From: an uncultured Spirochaetaceae bacterium
Lineage (GTDB): Bacteria > Spirochaetota > Spirochaetia > Sphaerochaetales > Sphaerochaetaceae
Length of the DNA: 64,000 nt
Direction: 5' to 3'
NCBI GenBank assembly: GCA_964482325.1
Contig: CAYZXD010000001.1
Span: forward strand, 3,461-67,460
Shown here: in pieces, positions 47,886-57,660 of the stretch
Layout: the number at the start of each line of letters is the position of its first letter
Numbering within the stretch: the stretch's first letter is position 1
Notes under the pieces: generated by a model
The model's database searches: none
Seen by the model: only the letters and a program-made list of their open reading frames with translations
Told to the model about the DNA's origin: nothing
Program-made: the position numbers and the translations under genes

Positions 47886-49322
47886 ATGAATCATCAGCTG
47901 CTCGTAGCAATAGATGGAGGAACACAGAGTACCAAGGTGGCGATCTTTGACGTGCTTGGGAATGAAATCTGCTCGGAAACTGTCCCATTACAGCCGCTAC
48001 ACCTCTATGGGAATAGTCGCGCAGAACATCCGGATGATGATCTCTGGGAAAGCCTGCAGAGAGCCTGCAGGGGGATGTTTGCCAAATTCACGGGAAATAT
48101 TGAAAATATCATCGGTGTAGGCCTCGGTTCGATCCGATGTTGTCGGGCACTGATCACAGAAGAGGGAAATCTGGTATCACCGGTACAGAACTGGATGGAC
48201 CTACGTCTTTCGGTCCCTTATGTACATAGCGACGATGCAGTACGCTATGTCACCACGGCAACCGGGTATCTTACGTTTCGTTTAACCGGAGAGACAAGAG
48301 ATACACGGGCAAACTATGTCGGTCCCTGGCCGATAGACCCCGAAACCTTGGATTGGTATGAGGATGAGGAACGTTTTGCATCCTATACTACCCCGCGCGA
48401 TATGTTATTTGAACTGGTGGATCCGGCAACAGTTCTCGGTACGATTACCGAAGCTGCAAGCAGCGCTACCGGTCTCCCGGAAGGCATTCCGGTAATTGCA
48501 ACAGCTAATGATAAAGCTGTTGAAGGCCTGGGAGCGGGTCTCGCTGAGGAAGGGACTGTTCTCGTTTCTCTCGGTACATTCATTACCGCTATGATGGTGG
48601 GATCATCACGTGATGCTGGTGCAGAACATTATTGGAGCAATCCAGGTGCCATTCCCGGAGAATATTTGTACGAAAGCAGAGGCATCCGGCGAGGTATGTC
48701 CACGGTCACCTGGATCAAAGAGCTCATGGGATCAGATGTGATCAACGAAGCCGAATCGAGAAATATGAGTCCGGAAGCCTATCTCAATGTATTAGGATCG
48801 GCAGTTCCTGCCGGCTCGGAGGGGTTGTACACCGTACTTCACTGGCTGGCTCGTCCGACTCATCTGCATGAACGCGGGATGATGGTAGGATTCCATGGAA
48901 ATCATCGCGGTGAGCACATGTTCCGGTCGGTGCTGGAAGGGATTGCCTTCACCATGAAAAACCATGCACAGGCTATGTGCGATGAACGGGGCATTGATAT
49001 CACGCAACTGATTATCAGCGGAGGTGGATCAAACGGTGACCTCTTTATGCAGATTTTTGCTGATGTGTTCGGCGTTCCCGCTACGCGAAATGTCGTGAAT
49101 GGATCTGCAAGCATCGGAGCAGCTATCTGTACAGCCTTAGCACTTGGTATTTATAAAAACAAACAAGAAGCGATAGAGCATATGGTCAGACACCGGGATA
49201 CTTTCATTCCCATCGATGCACACGTTGGTCTCTATGATCGAATGAATCGGGAAGTGTACTGCAAATTGGCTGCAGCGCTCGATCCGCTGCTATCGATTTC
49301 CCACAATATTTTTCATCCATGA
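47886..49322 (+). CDS. ygcE: FGGY carbohydrate kinase, YgcE-like
   Basis: IDGGTQSTK, EHPDDDLW, GLGSIRCCRAL, GGGSNGDLFMQIFADVF; AGGAG RBS supports ATG 47886. Confidence 0.87.
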   Translation: MNHQLLVAIDGGTQSTKVAIFDVLGNEICSETVPLQPLHLYGNSRAEHPDDDLWESLQRACRGMFAKFTGNIENIIGVGLGSIRCCRALITEEGNLVSPVQNWMDLRLSVPYVHSDDAVRYVTTATGYLTFRLTGETRDTRANYVGPWPIDPETLDWYEDEERFASYTTPRDMLFELVDPATVLGTITEAASSATGLPEGIPVIATANDKAVEGLGAGLAEEGTVLVSLGTFITAMMVGSSRDAGAEHYWSNPGAIPGEYLYESRGIRRGMSTVTWIKELMGSDVINEAESRNMSPEAYLNVLGSAVPAGSEGLYTVLHWLARPTHLHERGMMVGFHGNHRGEHMFRSVLEGIAFTMKNHAQAMCDERGIDITQLIISGGGSNGDLFMQIFADVFGVPATRNVVNGSASIGAAICTALALGIYKNKQEAIEHMVRHRDTFIPIDAHVGLYDRMNREVYCKLAAALDPLLSISHNIFHP

Positions 49323-49369
49323 AAGCGAAAAGGTCATACCCTTCGCATGAACTGATTATGGGGTGAGGA

Positions 49370-49855
49370 TCATGTTTTTGTGATCGCCGATGGATTGCGT
49401 TGAAATTTTGGTGATGTTGCCACAAGATGTTGAAGATAGGGTGGCAATGATTCCAGTTCTTTCAATTGCCACTGGTATTCCTGTTCGAGCGAACCAGCCA
49501 CTAATCTGATGAGTTTTCTTCCATACCAAGCTGGGCCAAGACAGTGATCGGCCATGTGTGCCGTTGCTACTGCATGACCGATGCACCGAATCACCAGTTG
49601 TTTCTCAATATTTTGTTCCATTTTCGCTTCAGCATGCACGGCACGGGAGGCTTGCATTGCTTCGTACACCGATGCTTGTTCCTCGATCCAGGCATATGCG
49701 ATACGTAATGCTTCAGTCTGTACAGCAGAACATACATGAGATACAAGCGAGATACTGTGCTCTGTGCAGGCAAGTGCCCATCTCATCAGGGCTTTGTGAT
49801 CAGATGGCGATAACAGGCCACCTCGCTGTATGATGATAAATCGTCGATCACGCAC
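49370..49855 (-). CDS. Imm5-like (putative immunity family) helical protein
   Basis: HKALMRWAL.C.EH, AVHAEA, GHAVATAHMADH, EYQWQ pattern; AAGGAGG RBS before GTG. Confidence 0.7.
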   Translation of the reverse strand: MRDRRFIIIQRGGLLSPSDHKALMRWALACTEHSISLVSHVCSAVQTEALRIAYAWIEEQASVYEAMQASRAVHAEAKMEQNIEKQLVIRCIGHAVATAHMADHCLGPAWYGRKLIRLVAGSLEQEYQWQLKELESLPPYLQHLVATSPKFQRNPSAITKT

Positions 49856-49983
49856 ATGAACCTCCTTATATGCATGGTATACTACCGGAGATTATGTTTT
49901 GTACATCACTGTTCGTATATTGATGTTCGTTGCACAGGTGTATTAGAATGCACACCATCTTATATATTACCGGGGAGGTAGGT

Positions 49984-51747
49984 ATGAACGATATCGGAAC
50001 ACAACAGGAAACGTTGCTTACCGGAGCAGAGATACTGGTGAAGAGTCTTGAGGATCTTCATGTCGATACCGTTTTTGGTTATACCGGAGCAGCCATCCTT
50101 CCCGTGATGGACGAACTGGGAAAAAGTGGTATTGAAATCGTGGTAAGTGCGAATGAGCAATGTGCTGCATTCAGTGCTGCAGGGTATTCCCGTTCCAGTG
50201 ATCGGGTAGGGGTAGCTATCGTGACCAGTGGTCCGGCAATCACTAACTCACTGACTGCGGTTGCTGACTCTTTTTCTGACAGTGTCCCCCTCATCGTCAT
50301 TGCCGGACAGGTTCCGGAACATAAACTGGGAACCGATTCATTTCAGCATATTGATGTCGCTTCAGTGTTCGGTCCTACTGCCAAAAAGGTGTATTCCATC
50401 AATGCGATTTCAAATATCGAGTCAGTGATCAAAACAGCCTACTATATTGCCAAATCGGGAAAACCCGGACCGGTCGTCATAGATCTTCCTATCAATCTCC
50501 AGCAGAAAGCTGCACGTTACGAACAGATCAGTGCTGATGCATTCAGTACCGTTTACGAACAGGAAAACCATCTCAGTGGTACACAGTGCCGCCAATTTTT
50601 CGATCTCCTTCAGCATTCACATCATCCGCTGCTGTATCTTGGCGGAGGCTTGAATAATGATCGGGGAAGCAAAGCCCTGAGACGCTTTAATGCGCTCTTT
50701 CGTATTCCATCAGTAAACACCCTCATGGCGAAAGGGGTCGTCGATGAGCGTGGAGATACTGATCTTGGTATGCTGGGGATGTTTGGAACTCCCTATGCCA
50801 ATAAAATTATTCAGAAGAATGACTTTTTCTTTGCTATCGGGGTCAGATGGGATGACCGTGTTGCAGAGAAGGTAGGATTTGCCATCAATGCATCCATTGC
50901 CTTTGTAGATATCCATACCGATAAAGTGCATCAGATCCGACACGAACGTCGGCCGAAATTTTCATTCATCGGAGATGCTGCAACGGTTCTTGATGATCTG
51001 AGTGATTATGCAGAGACCGAAGGAATAGCACTCTCTATCGATCAATGGAGAAGTTATGCGCAACGATTGAAACATTCCTGGCCATTGAACTTCAATCGAA
51101 ATGCATCGGTCATACAGCAGGCGGAAGTACTGGAATTGCTCGATACCATGCTTCCAGAAGATGTGATTATCACGACCGGGGTGGGAAATCACCAACTCCT
51201 TGCTGCACAATATATCCGATCAAGAAAACCTCGATCATTTCTTACTCCGGGGAGTTTCGGTACGATGGGATTTGGGATGCCTGCCGCGGTGGGAGCACAC
51301 AAAGCGCATCCGAAAACTCCTGTATATGTGATTGATGGAGATGGAAGCTTTCGTATGAATATGGGGGAGCTCCACACCATTGGAACTCATGGCTTACCGA
51401 TCAAAATTCTGTTGTTGAACAATCATTGTGATGGAATGGTACATAATCTTGAAGATGTCGCGTACGCTGGTCGCCACTCAGCTACTGAGCGTTTTCGGGA
51501 TGTTGATTTTGCGAAGATGGCACAGGTCGCGCTTTTTGCGTTTGCCCAACGAGTCTCTGCACGTTCAGACCTCAATAACGCTTTGCAGGCTTTTGTACAT
51601 GCAGAAGGTCCTGCGCTGTTGGAGATCATTACGGATTCTGCTGAAGCCCTCTATCCTGTAGTTCGCCCGGGAACATCCTATGCGGATATGGATCTTGGCC
51701 CCTTCATCGGTGAAGTGGTCGACAAGGGTTCTGATAGTACGATTTAA
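49984..51747 (+). CDS. ThDP-dependent enzyme, acetolactate-synthase-like but divergent
   Basis: TGAEIL, TSGP..TN, GPVVIDLP, TGVGNHQ, GTMGFG, GDGSF...NN; GGGGAGG RBS supports ATG 49984. Confidence 0.85.
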   Translation: MNDIGTQQETLLTGAEILVKSLEDLHVDTVFGYTGAAILPVMDELGKSGIEIVVSANEQCAAFSAAGYSRSSDRVGVAIVTSGPAITNSLTAVADSFSDSVPLIVIAGQVPEHKLGTDSFQHIDVASVFGPTAKKVYSINAISNIESVIKTAYYIAKSGKPGPVVIDLPINLQQKAARYEQISADAFSTVYEQENHLSGTQCRQFFDLLQHSHHPLLYLGGGLNNDRGSKALRRFNALFRIPSVNTLMAKGVVDERGDTDLGMLGMFGTPYANKIIQKNDFFFAIGVRWDDRVAEKVGFAINASIAFVDIHTDKVHQIRHERRPKFSFIGDAATVLDDLSDYAETEGIALSIDQWRSYAQRLKHSWPLNFNRNASVIQQAEVLELLDTMLPEDVIITTGVGNHQLLAAQYIRSRKPRSFLTPGSFGTMGFGMPAAVGAHKAHPKTPVYVIDGDGSFRMNMGELHTIGTHGLPIKILLLNNHCDGMVHNLEDVAYAGRHSATERFRDVDFAKMAQVALFAFAQRVSARSDLNNALQAFVHAEGPALLEIITDSAEALYPVVRPGTSYADMDLGPFIGEVVDKGSDSTI

Positions 51748-51752
51748 GCGGG

Positions 51753-52241
51753 TCACGGCTCCCGCACAAAAAGTTCCATGGCAGAACGCAGGGTATCAAG
51801 CCGTTTGTTCAGCTGAGCGATATTGGCATTGACCTTGATGATATCGCTACCGATACGCAACAGATCATCAGGGTCATTGTAACCGGCAACAGTAACGAAA
51901 TCATCGATTGCTTTTCGCAGTACATGATAATCGCTTGACAGCGCTTGCAGCTCCTGTTTCAAGTGCTCAGTTTCGCTGACAGTTGCCACCCGATTCTGCA
52001 GCTGATTCAGCTGGTTCTGCAATTGATCAACTTGACTCTGCATTGCCTGAACAGTTTCCTGTTCTGCTCGCAAGGTCACATCAGTCTGTATTGCTGAGAC
52101 TGTGGTCTGAAGTTGTACCAATTCCTGCTGAGTGGCCGTCCGGTACGTCTCAAACTCTTCAACGGAAACACTTGAAGCACAGGAAGTCAAGAAGAGTAGG
52201 TACGCTGCAGCAGCCGTTAAAAGTATCACGTTGGCTCGCAT
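51753..52241 (-). CDS. Coiled-coil lipoprotein of unknown function
   Basis: Lipobox LTSC, heptad-rich Gln/Leu helix; GGAGG RBS supports ATG 52241. Confidence 0.8.
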   Translation of the reverse strand: MRANVILLTAAAAYLLFLTSCASSVSVEEFETYRTATQQELVQLQTTVSAIQTDVTLRAEQETVQAMQSQVDQLQNQLNQLQNRVATVSETEHLKQELQALSSDYHVLRKAIDDFVTVAGYNDPDDLLRIGSDIIKVNANIAQLNKRLDTLRSAMELFVREP

Positions 52242-52297
52242 ACACTCACCTCCCTTGGGGATACTATCGGTGTACAACAGATTTGCAGTGGATGCAA

Positions 52298-52323
52298 TAA
52301 AAAAGAGGCTGCCGAAGCAGCCT
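52298..52323 (-). terminator. Intrinsic terminator of the TRAP operon
   Basis: AGGCTGC-TTCG-GCAGCCT followed by CTTTTTT on the minus strand. Confidence 0.85.
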
Positions 52324-52342
52324 ACTGATGGAGAAAAACCGT

Positions 52343-53638
52343 TTACCCACGCATGAAATTAGGTAAGAACGTTACGATATCAGGGAAGAACATAAAAAGG
52401 ACAGTTGATGCAATCAGTGCAAACCAGAACGGAATCGTTCCACGGAAAACCGTCTCTAGTTTTATTTTGGTAATTCCTGATGTTACCACACTTACCACAC
52501 CAACGGGTGGCGTAAGGAAACCGATGAGAATCATCAGAATCGTAATAATCCCGTACCAAATTCCGTTATACCCGGCATTGATGATCAACGGATAGAATAA
52601 ACTGGTGAAGATGACCAACGTTGCCATAGCATCCATAAAGAATCCTGATACGAAATAGGCAGCAAAAATTGTTGCTAAAAGTAGGGCAGGAGGCATGGTA
52701 GACATATGCACCGCAAGGTAGGCAGGAATACGGGAAACGGAAATAAAGTTCCCAAAAATAACGCCACCGATAACGATGATCATTAACATACCGCCAACTT
52801 TCACCGTATCGTACAAAGCACTGAGAAATGCCTTCATATTCATCTTCTGGCTTAGCAAGGCAAAGACTAGTGATAAGAAGGCTCCCATAGCACCACCTTC
52901 GGTAGGTGTAAATACTCCAAGATAAATACCTCCCATGGTAAATAGGAAAATAACCGGTACAGGCCAAATGGGGATGAGCGACCGCCAACGTTCCCGCATT
53001 GGAGTTCTTTCAGATCCCGGAGCTAATTCAGGTTTCGCCCGAACGACTAAATAGGCGGTGAGGGCGAGAAAGCCTGCAGTGATCAACCCAGGAACAATAC
53101 CTGCGATTAACAGTTGTCCGATCGACTCTTCGGTTAGCACGCCATAAATAATCAATACAGAACTTGGGGGGATGAGAATTCCTAATGTACTTCCCGAAGC
53201 TACACTTCCCGCTGCAAGACTATCTGCATATTTCATACGTTTCATCTCTGGAACTGCGATCACTGCAATGGTTGCTGTAGTAGCAATAACCGAACCACTT
53301 ACTGCTGCAAATGCTGCGCAAGTAATGATTGATGCAATAGCGAGACCTCCGCGAATATGACCGAACCACGCATGAAAGGAGGTGAACATATCCTTCCCTA
53401 TTCCTGCCGACCCGATAAACATTCCCATCAACGTGAACATGGGTATGACACTCATACTATAGTTATGAGCATTGTTAAAAATATCTGTACCCATTTTAGC
53501 CAAAGCGGCATGAGGGCCGATGATGACACCGTATCCGATGGTTCCTACCAGTAACATAGAAAAACCGATGGGAATTTTAAACAGTATCAGAACGAGTAGT
53601 ATAATGACTCCAAGTAGACCAATAAATTCAGGACTCAT
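52343..53638 (-). CDS. dctM: TRAP transporter large permease
   Basis: IPMFTLMG, GGLAIA, AVSGS..AT, LGILIPPS, FTPTEG, TPPVG. Confidence 0.93.
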   Translation of the reverse strand: MSPEFIGLLGVIILLVLILFKIPIGFSMLLVGTIGYGVIIGPHAALAKMGTDIFNNAHNYSMSVIPMFTLMGMFIGSAGIGKDMFTSFHAWFGHIRGGLAIASIITCAAFAAVSGSVIATTATIAVIAVPEMKRMKYADSLAAGSVASGSTLGILIPPSSVLIIYGVLTEESIGQLLIAGIVPGLITAGFLALTAYLVVRAKPELAPGSERTPMRERWRSLIPIWPVPVIFLFTMGGIYLGVFTPTEGGAMGAFLSLVFALLSQKMNMKAFLSALYDTVKVGGMLMIIVIGGVIFGNFISVSRIPAYLAVHMSTMPPALLLATIFAAYFVSGFFMDAMATLVIFTSLFYPLIINAGYNGIWYGIITILMILIGFLTPPVGVVSVVTSGITKIKLETVFRGTIPFWFALIASTVLFMFFPDIVTFLPNFMRG

Positions 53639-54131
53639 CTGATTTCTCTCCTTTCAATAAATTTACTGCTTTGGCAAGATCCCACACTAATACTAAGATC
53701 AGCAGAATCAGTCCAGCAGATGCCAGATAGATCCACGGATACATCGGCCAGCGTAACACACTCGTGGTGGTGTTTGATGAGCGCATGCGAGCTGCGTATT
53801 TAAGAGTCTGGCTAAAAGCTACCGAGAAGGTAGCAATGCTGATTACTGAACTAATCAGATCCAGTACACCCTGAAATCGTGTAGGCACTCGATCATAAAT
53901 GATGGTAATACCAAGATTTTCACCATTGTACTGAGAAACCGACAGCGAAAAAAACACCGATAGAGCAAACAGGATCTTCGTCAGTTCAAATGTACCCGGA
54001 ATGGGATGATTGAACACAAACCGGCCGATCACATCACCAACGGTCATGAACAGGAGAACTGCAATTGCTAGCATTCCCACACGGGCAGCAAAATTGCTGA
54101 TACTCTCTGCTATCTTTTTGATTATCACCAT
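53628..54131 (-). CDS. dctQ: TRAP transporter small permease
   Basis: 4 TM, DVIGRFVFNHPIPGTFEL. Confidence 0.92.
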   Translation of the reverse strand: MVIIKKIAESISNFAARVGMLAIAVLLFMTVGDVIGRFVFNHPIPGTFELTKILFALSVFFSLSVSQYNGENLGITIIYDRVPTRFQGVLDLISSVISIATFSVAFSQTLKYAARMRSSNTTTSVLRWPMYPWIYLASAGLILLILVLVWDLAKAVNLLKGEKSDES

Positions 54132-54152
54132 AAGATACCACCTTTACCACAT

Positions 54153-54189
54153 AGATGGTTCTGACACCTTCTACGGATCAGAACCATCT
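54153..54189 (-). terminator. Intercistronic hairpin between dctP and dctQ
   Basis: 12-bp perfect stem AGATGGTTCTGA/TCAGAACCATCT. Confidence 0.6.
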
Positions 54190-54210
54190 GAATTATAATC
54201 TCCGTTTATA

Positions 54211-55287
54211 TTACTGCTTGTGTCGTTTTGCAGCTTCCACAGCAAGATCGTACAGTTCTTGACCAGGTTTACCGGCAGCTTCTATTTCAGCAATCCACCC
54301 CTTAACCAAAGGATCTACGGTTTGGTGGAACTGCTTAAGCTCGGCATCTGAAAGCTCGGTGATTACCTTGTTCTCTGCGTGAGCTGCTTCCATTGCCTCA
54401 ATAGCTTCTCGATCATACTGACGTCCGATCTTCTCTGCAAGACCTTCGGCAATTGCATTGATCGTTGCCTGATCTTCTGCAGAAATCTTGTTCCACAGGT
54501 CCTGGTTTGCAAACCAGATCAGAGGGGTCATATAGAGATTCAGATCAACTATCTGATTTGTTACTTCCATGAGTCTAAAGGAAATAAGAGCGCTTGGGGT
54601 CATGAATGATCCATCAACAATACCGCGGTCCATAGCATCATAGAGGTCACTTACCGGAAGACTTACTTCTACACCACCGAGTTCCTTTATCACATCATTA
54701 TAGATGGGACCAGGGGAACGAAGCTTGAGACCTGTCAAATCATCAAGAGAATCGATTTCTGGTTTTAACAGAATATGTCCAAGATCAGTACCACCTGCCC
54801 AGATCAGATGGGTATCGGTATACTCGTGTTCTCTCAACATTGGAATCATCTCTTTTGCGGTGAGATTTCCCTGTAGTGAAGATGTGAACATAAAGGGGTA
54901 CTCTAATATCTGGGTCATGGGGAATCGTCCTGGAGTATAGGCAGGGAGGACAAATCCCATACCAGCAACACCACTGACAACAGCATCATAGGTATCACCA
55001 GGAGCTGCAAGTGCATTTCCTGCATGAATTACGATTTCTACCCGACCATCAGTTTTTTCAAATACTTCTTTGGCAAATGGTTCAAAGATGTTAACCTGTA
55101 ATGGGTGTACAGCAGGCATGTAGTGGTTCATATGGAACACTACTTTCTCTGCCTTCTTAGCTGCAGGAGCTGCAGCTGTAGTTGCAGTACTTTCCTCAGA
55201 CTTGGCACAACCGATGGTTAATCCTACGAGCGCAAGTATTGCAACTAGCGCAATGATCATCCGAAATCCCTTCCTAACTCCAGACAT
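54211..55287 (-). CDS. dctP: TRAP substrate-binding lipoprotein
   Basis: Lipobox LTIGC, DGRVEI, YTPGRFP, GLKLR.PG, DRGIVDG; AAGGAG RBS supports ATG 55287. Confidence 0.92.
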   Translation of the reverse strand: MSGVRKGFRMIIALVAILALVGLTIGCAKSEESTATTAAAPAAKKAEKVVFHMNHYMPAVHPLQVNIFEPFAKEVFEKTDGRVEIVIHAGNALAAPGDTYDAVVSGVAGMGFVLPAYTPGRFPMTQILEYPFMFTSSLQGNLTAKEMIPMLREHEYTDTHLIWAGGTDLGHILLKPEIDSLDDLTGLKLRSPGPIYNDVIKELGGVEVSLPVSDLYDAMDRGIVDGSFMTPSALISFRLMEVTNQIVDLNLYMTPLIWFANQDLWNKISAEDQATINAIAEGLAEKIGRQYDREAIEAMEAAHAENKVITELSDAELKQFHQTVDPLVKGWIAEIEAAGKPGQELYDLAVEAAKRHKQ

Positions 55288-55324
55288 AGCATACTCTCCT
55301 TTTGTACTTTCACCGAATATGTTT

Positions 55325-55381
55325 ACCGAATCTATTCGATGAGTATGTGGCAATCGTACCATCGCTAAAATGGGTTGTCAA
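55325..55381 (-). promoter_or_regulatory. dctP promoter with downstream operator
   Basis: Minus strand TTGACA(55381-76)-N17-TACGAT(55358-53); operator ACCGAATCTATTCGAT at 55325-40. Confidence 0.7.
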
Positions 55382-55491
55382 TCTTTTTCTGAGGTTCTCA
55401 AAGAGCAATATATCAGTTGTCTGGTGAGTTTACATTGGGGGAAAAGCGTAGTAGAATAGTTTCGATGAAATTGTACTAAGCAGGAGTTCCC

Positions 55492-56088
55492 ATGGCAGAG
55501 AAACGAAAAACAAAGCGTGCACTTCAAGCCGAAGAAACAAAAAATCGGATCGTCCAGGCAACCATGCATCTCATGGAAAAGAAGGGATTCAATAATATAA
55601 CCATTGGCGAAATCAACGAACTTTCCGGTATTTCTGTGGGAACTTTTTACCATTATTTCACTAACAAAGAGGATGTATTTTTTGAGTTGTATCGAAAAGC
55701 AGATGAATTTTTTGAGCAAATTGTTGAAAAACACCTCTATTCAGAGATCATACCTGCCCAGGAAATGGTTGTAAGATTTTTTAGCTGGTATGCTCGATTT
55801 AACAACCAGAATGGACTTGATTATGTACGGCAGCTGTATAACCCAAATAACAAGTTTTTTATCTCGAAAGGGCGATATATGGTTAAGTTGTTAACCCGAA
55901 TCATTGAAGAAGGAGTGCAAGCTGGAGAGTTTGCTGATGATCCTTCACCCTTTGAGATCTCTCGCCATTTGATAATTCTTGCTCGAGGCATTGTCTTTGA
56001 CTGGTGCCTGCATGAAGGGGAGTTCGATCTAGAGGAGTTTATGACATCATACCTCAGAAAAGTAGTTCCCATCTTTCTTGCAAAGTAG
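55492..56088 (+). CDS. TetR/AcrR family regulator
   Basis: KGFNNITIGEI...GISVGTFYHYF.NKED. Confidence 0.93.
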   Translation: MAEKRKTKRALQAEETKNRIVQATMHLMEKKGFNNITIGEINELSGISVGTFYHYFTNKEDVFFELYRKADEFFEQIVEKHLYSEIIPAQEMVVRFFSWYARFNNQNGLDYVRQLYNPNNKFFISKGRYMVKLLTRIIEEGVQAGEFADDPSPFEISRHLIILARGIVFDWCLHEGEFDLEEFMTSYLRKVVPIFLAK

Positions 56089-56097
56089 AAACAATTC

Positions 56098-56147
56098 ACC
56101 GAAATCATTCGATAAAACTTGACAACTGCAAAACCCCATTTTATCAT
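56098..56147 (+). promoter_or_regulatory. Oxidoreductase-operon promoter with upstream operator
   Basis: ACCGAAATCATTCGAT (56098-113) next to TTGACA(56119)-N17-TATCAT. Confidence 0.72.
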
Positions 56148-56196
56148 GACTCCTGTCAAACTGCCGGTAGAGGCAGATGGTATCAAGGAGAGAATC

Positions 56197-57639
56197 ATGA
56201 GTAACATCCGAGAACGATTGAAACACATGGTGGGTGCAGAGCATGTAGTCGAAAATCCCGACTATACGAGTTCTGCAGTCGGTTGCAGAAAACATGAGGA
56301 CCGTCTGGATTCCCAGTACCTCGTTCGACCGGCAGACGTGGATCAGGTACAGCAGTTGGTCAAACTGGCAAATGAAATGGGATTCCCACTTGTCCCGGTG
56401 AGTTCACAGGCACCACATCAGAAAGGAGGAACCCTTCCAAGTGTTCCTGGTGCAGTCATACTTGATCTGAGCCGAATGAATCGTATCCTGAAGATTGATC
56501 GGCGGCATCGGCTTGCACTGATTGAGCCCGGGGTGACTTGGGAACAGTTGCATGCAGCACTCGAGCCGGAAGGATTGAGAATTATCTCGCCATTGCTTCC
56601 AAAACAGGGCAAATCAGTCATTGCTACACTACTCGATCGTGAGCCATTACTTACTCCTAAATATCAATGGAATATGAATGAGCCACTACGATCGATGGAA
56701 ATTGTTTTCGGTACAGGTGATAAAATTTACAGCGGTATGGGAGGCCATCGGGGTACCGATCAAACAAAGTGGGATGGGGGTGAAGTTCCTCTTACCAATG
56801 CGGGTCCTCACCAATTTGACTTTATGAAAATGCTCACTGCATCTCAAGGAACTTTTGGTATTGTTACGTGGGCATCAGTGAAGCTTGAAATAGCGCAAGA
56901 AGAAGCGAAACCTCTGTTTGTTCAGGGTAATGACCCATCAGAACTCTCAGATTTCTTATATCAAATACTCAAATTCCGCTTCGGCGATGAGGTGCTGTTA
57001 TGTAATCGCAGTGCACTTCTCGCCATTCTTGGCAATGAAGCTCAACCAGCTTCACTCCAACGATGGACAGCAGTGGTCAATGTTGCATGGGGTGGACTGC
57101 GATCTAAAGAACGGGTGGAGAGCCAGTACCTTGATGTTTGCGATATTGCTCAAGAACATGCACTGGTTCCGGCATCTACGATCGCATCAATTCCTGCACG
57201 TCAGGTTATGAGAAAATTGCTCGCTGCTACTGATGATGAAAATTGGAAATCACGCGCTCGTGGTGATTATCGGGAAGTGTTTTTTCTCACTACGCTTGAT
57301 CGACTGCCTGCGCAACTTGAACGTGCAGCACAGGTAATGGACTCCTATGGATATGCACTTCCTTCTTGTCCTATCTATGTACAGCCATTGCATCAGGGAG
57401 CTGCAGCACATTGCCAGATTGTTATTCCTACCGACAAGGATAACCCAGAAAATCTTGAAGTCATGTATGATCAATTAAGCAAAGTACTTGCGAACTCTGG
57501 CGCATTCTACTCACGTCCGTATGGCCTTTGGGCAGATATCGTCTACGGTGGCAATGCAGAACATACCGAAATGACAAAGAAAATGAAAGCTATTTTTGAC
57601 CCGGCGAATATTCTGAACCCAGGGAAACTCTGTTTCTAG
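56197..57639 (+). CDS. FAD-binding oxidoreductase (VAO/PCMH-type flavoprotein family)
   Basis: VRPAD..QV, VILDLSRMNRILKID, IEPGV, GTFGIVT, FDPANILNPGK; AAGGAG RBS supports ATG 56197. Confidence 0.85.
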   Translation: MSNIRERLKHMVGAEHVVENPDYTSSAVGCRKHEDRLDSQYLVRPADVDQVQQLVKLANEMGFPLVPVSSQAPHQKGGTLPSVPGAVILDLSRMNRILKIDRRHRLALIEPGVTWEQLHAALEPEGLRIISPLLPKQGKSVIATLLDREPLLTPKYQWNMNEPLRSMEIVFGTGDKIYSGMGGHRGTDQTKWDGGEVPLTNAGPHQFDFMKMLTASQGTFGIVTWASVKLEIAQEEAKPLFVQGNDPSELSDFLYQILKFRFGDEVLLCNRSALLAILGNEAQPASLQRWTAVVNVAWGGLRSKERVESQYLDVCDIAQEHALVPASTIASIPARQVMRKLLAATDDENWKSRARGDYREVFFLTTLDRLPAQLERAAQVMDSYGYALPSCPIYVQPLHQGAAAHCQIVIPTDKDNPENLEVMYDQLSKVLANSGAFYSRPYGLWADIVYGGNAEHTEMTKKMKAIFDPANILNPGKLCF

Positions 57640-57660
57640 AGCACCGAAAAGGAGATTATC

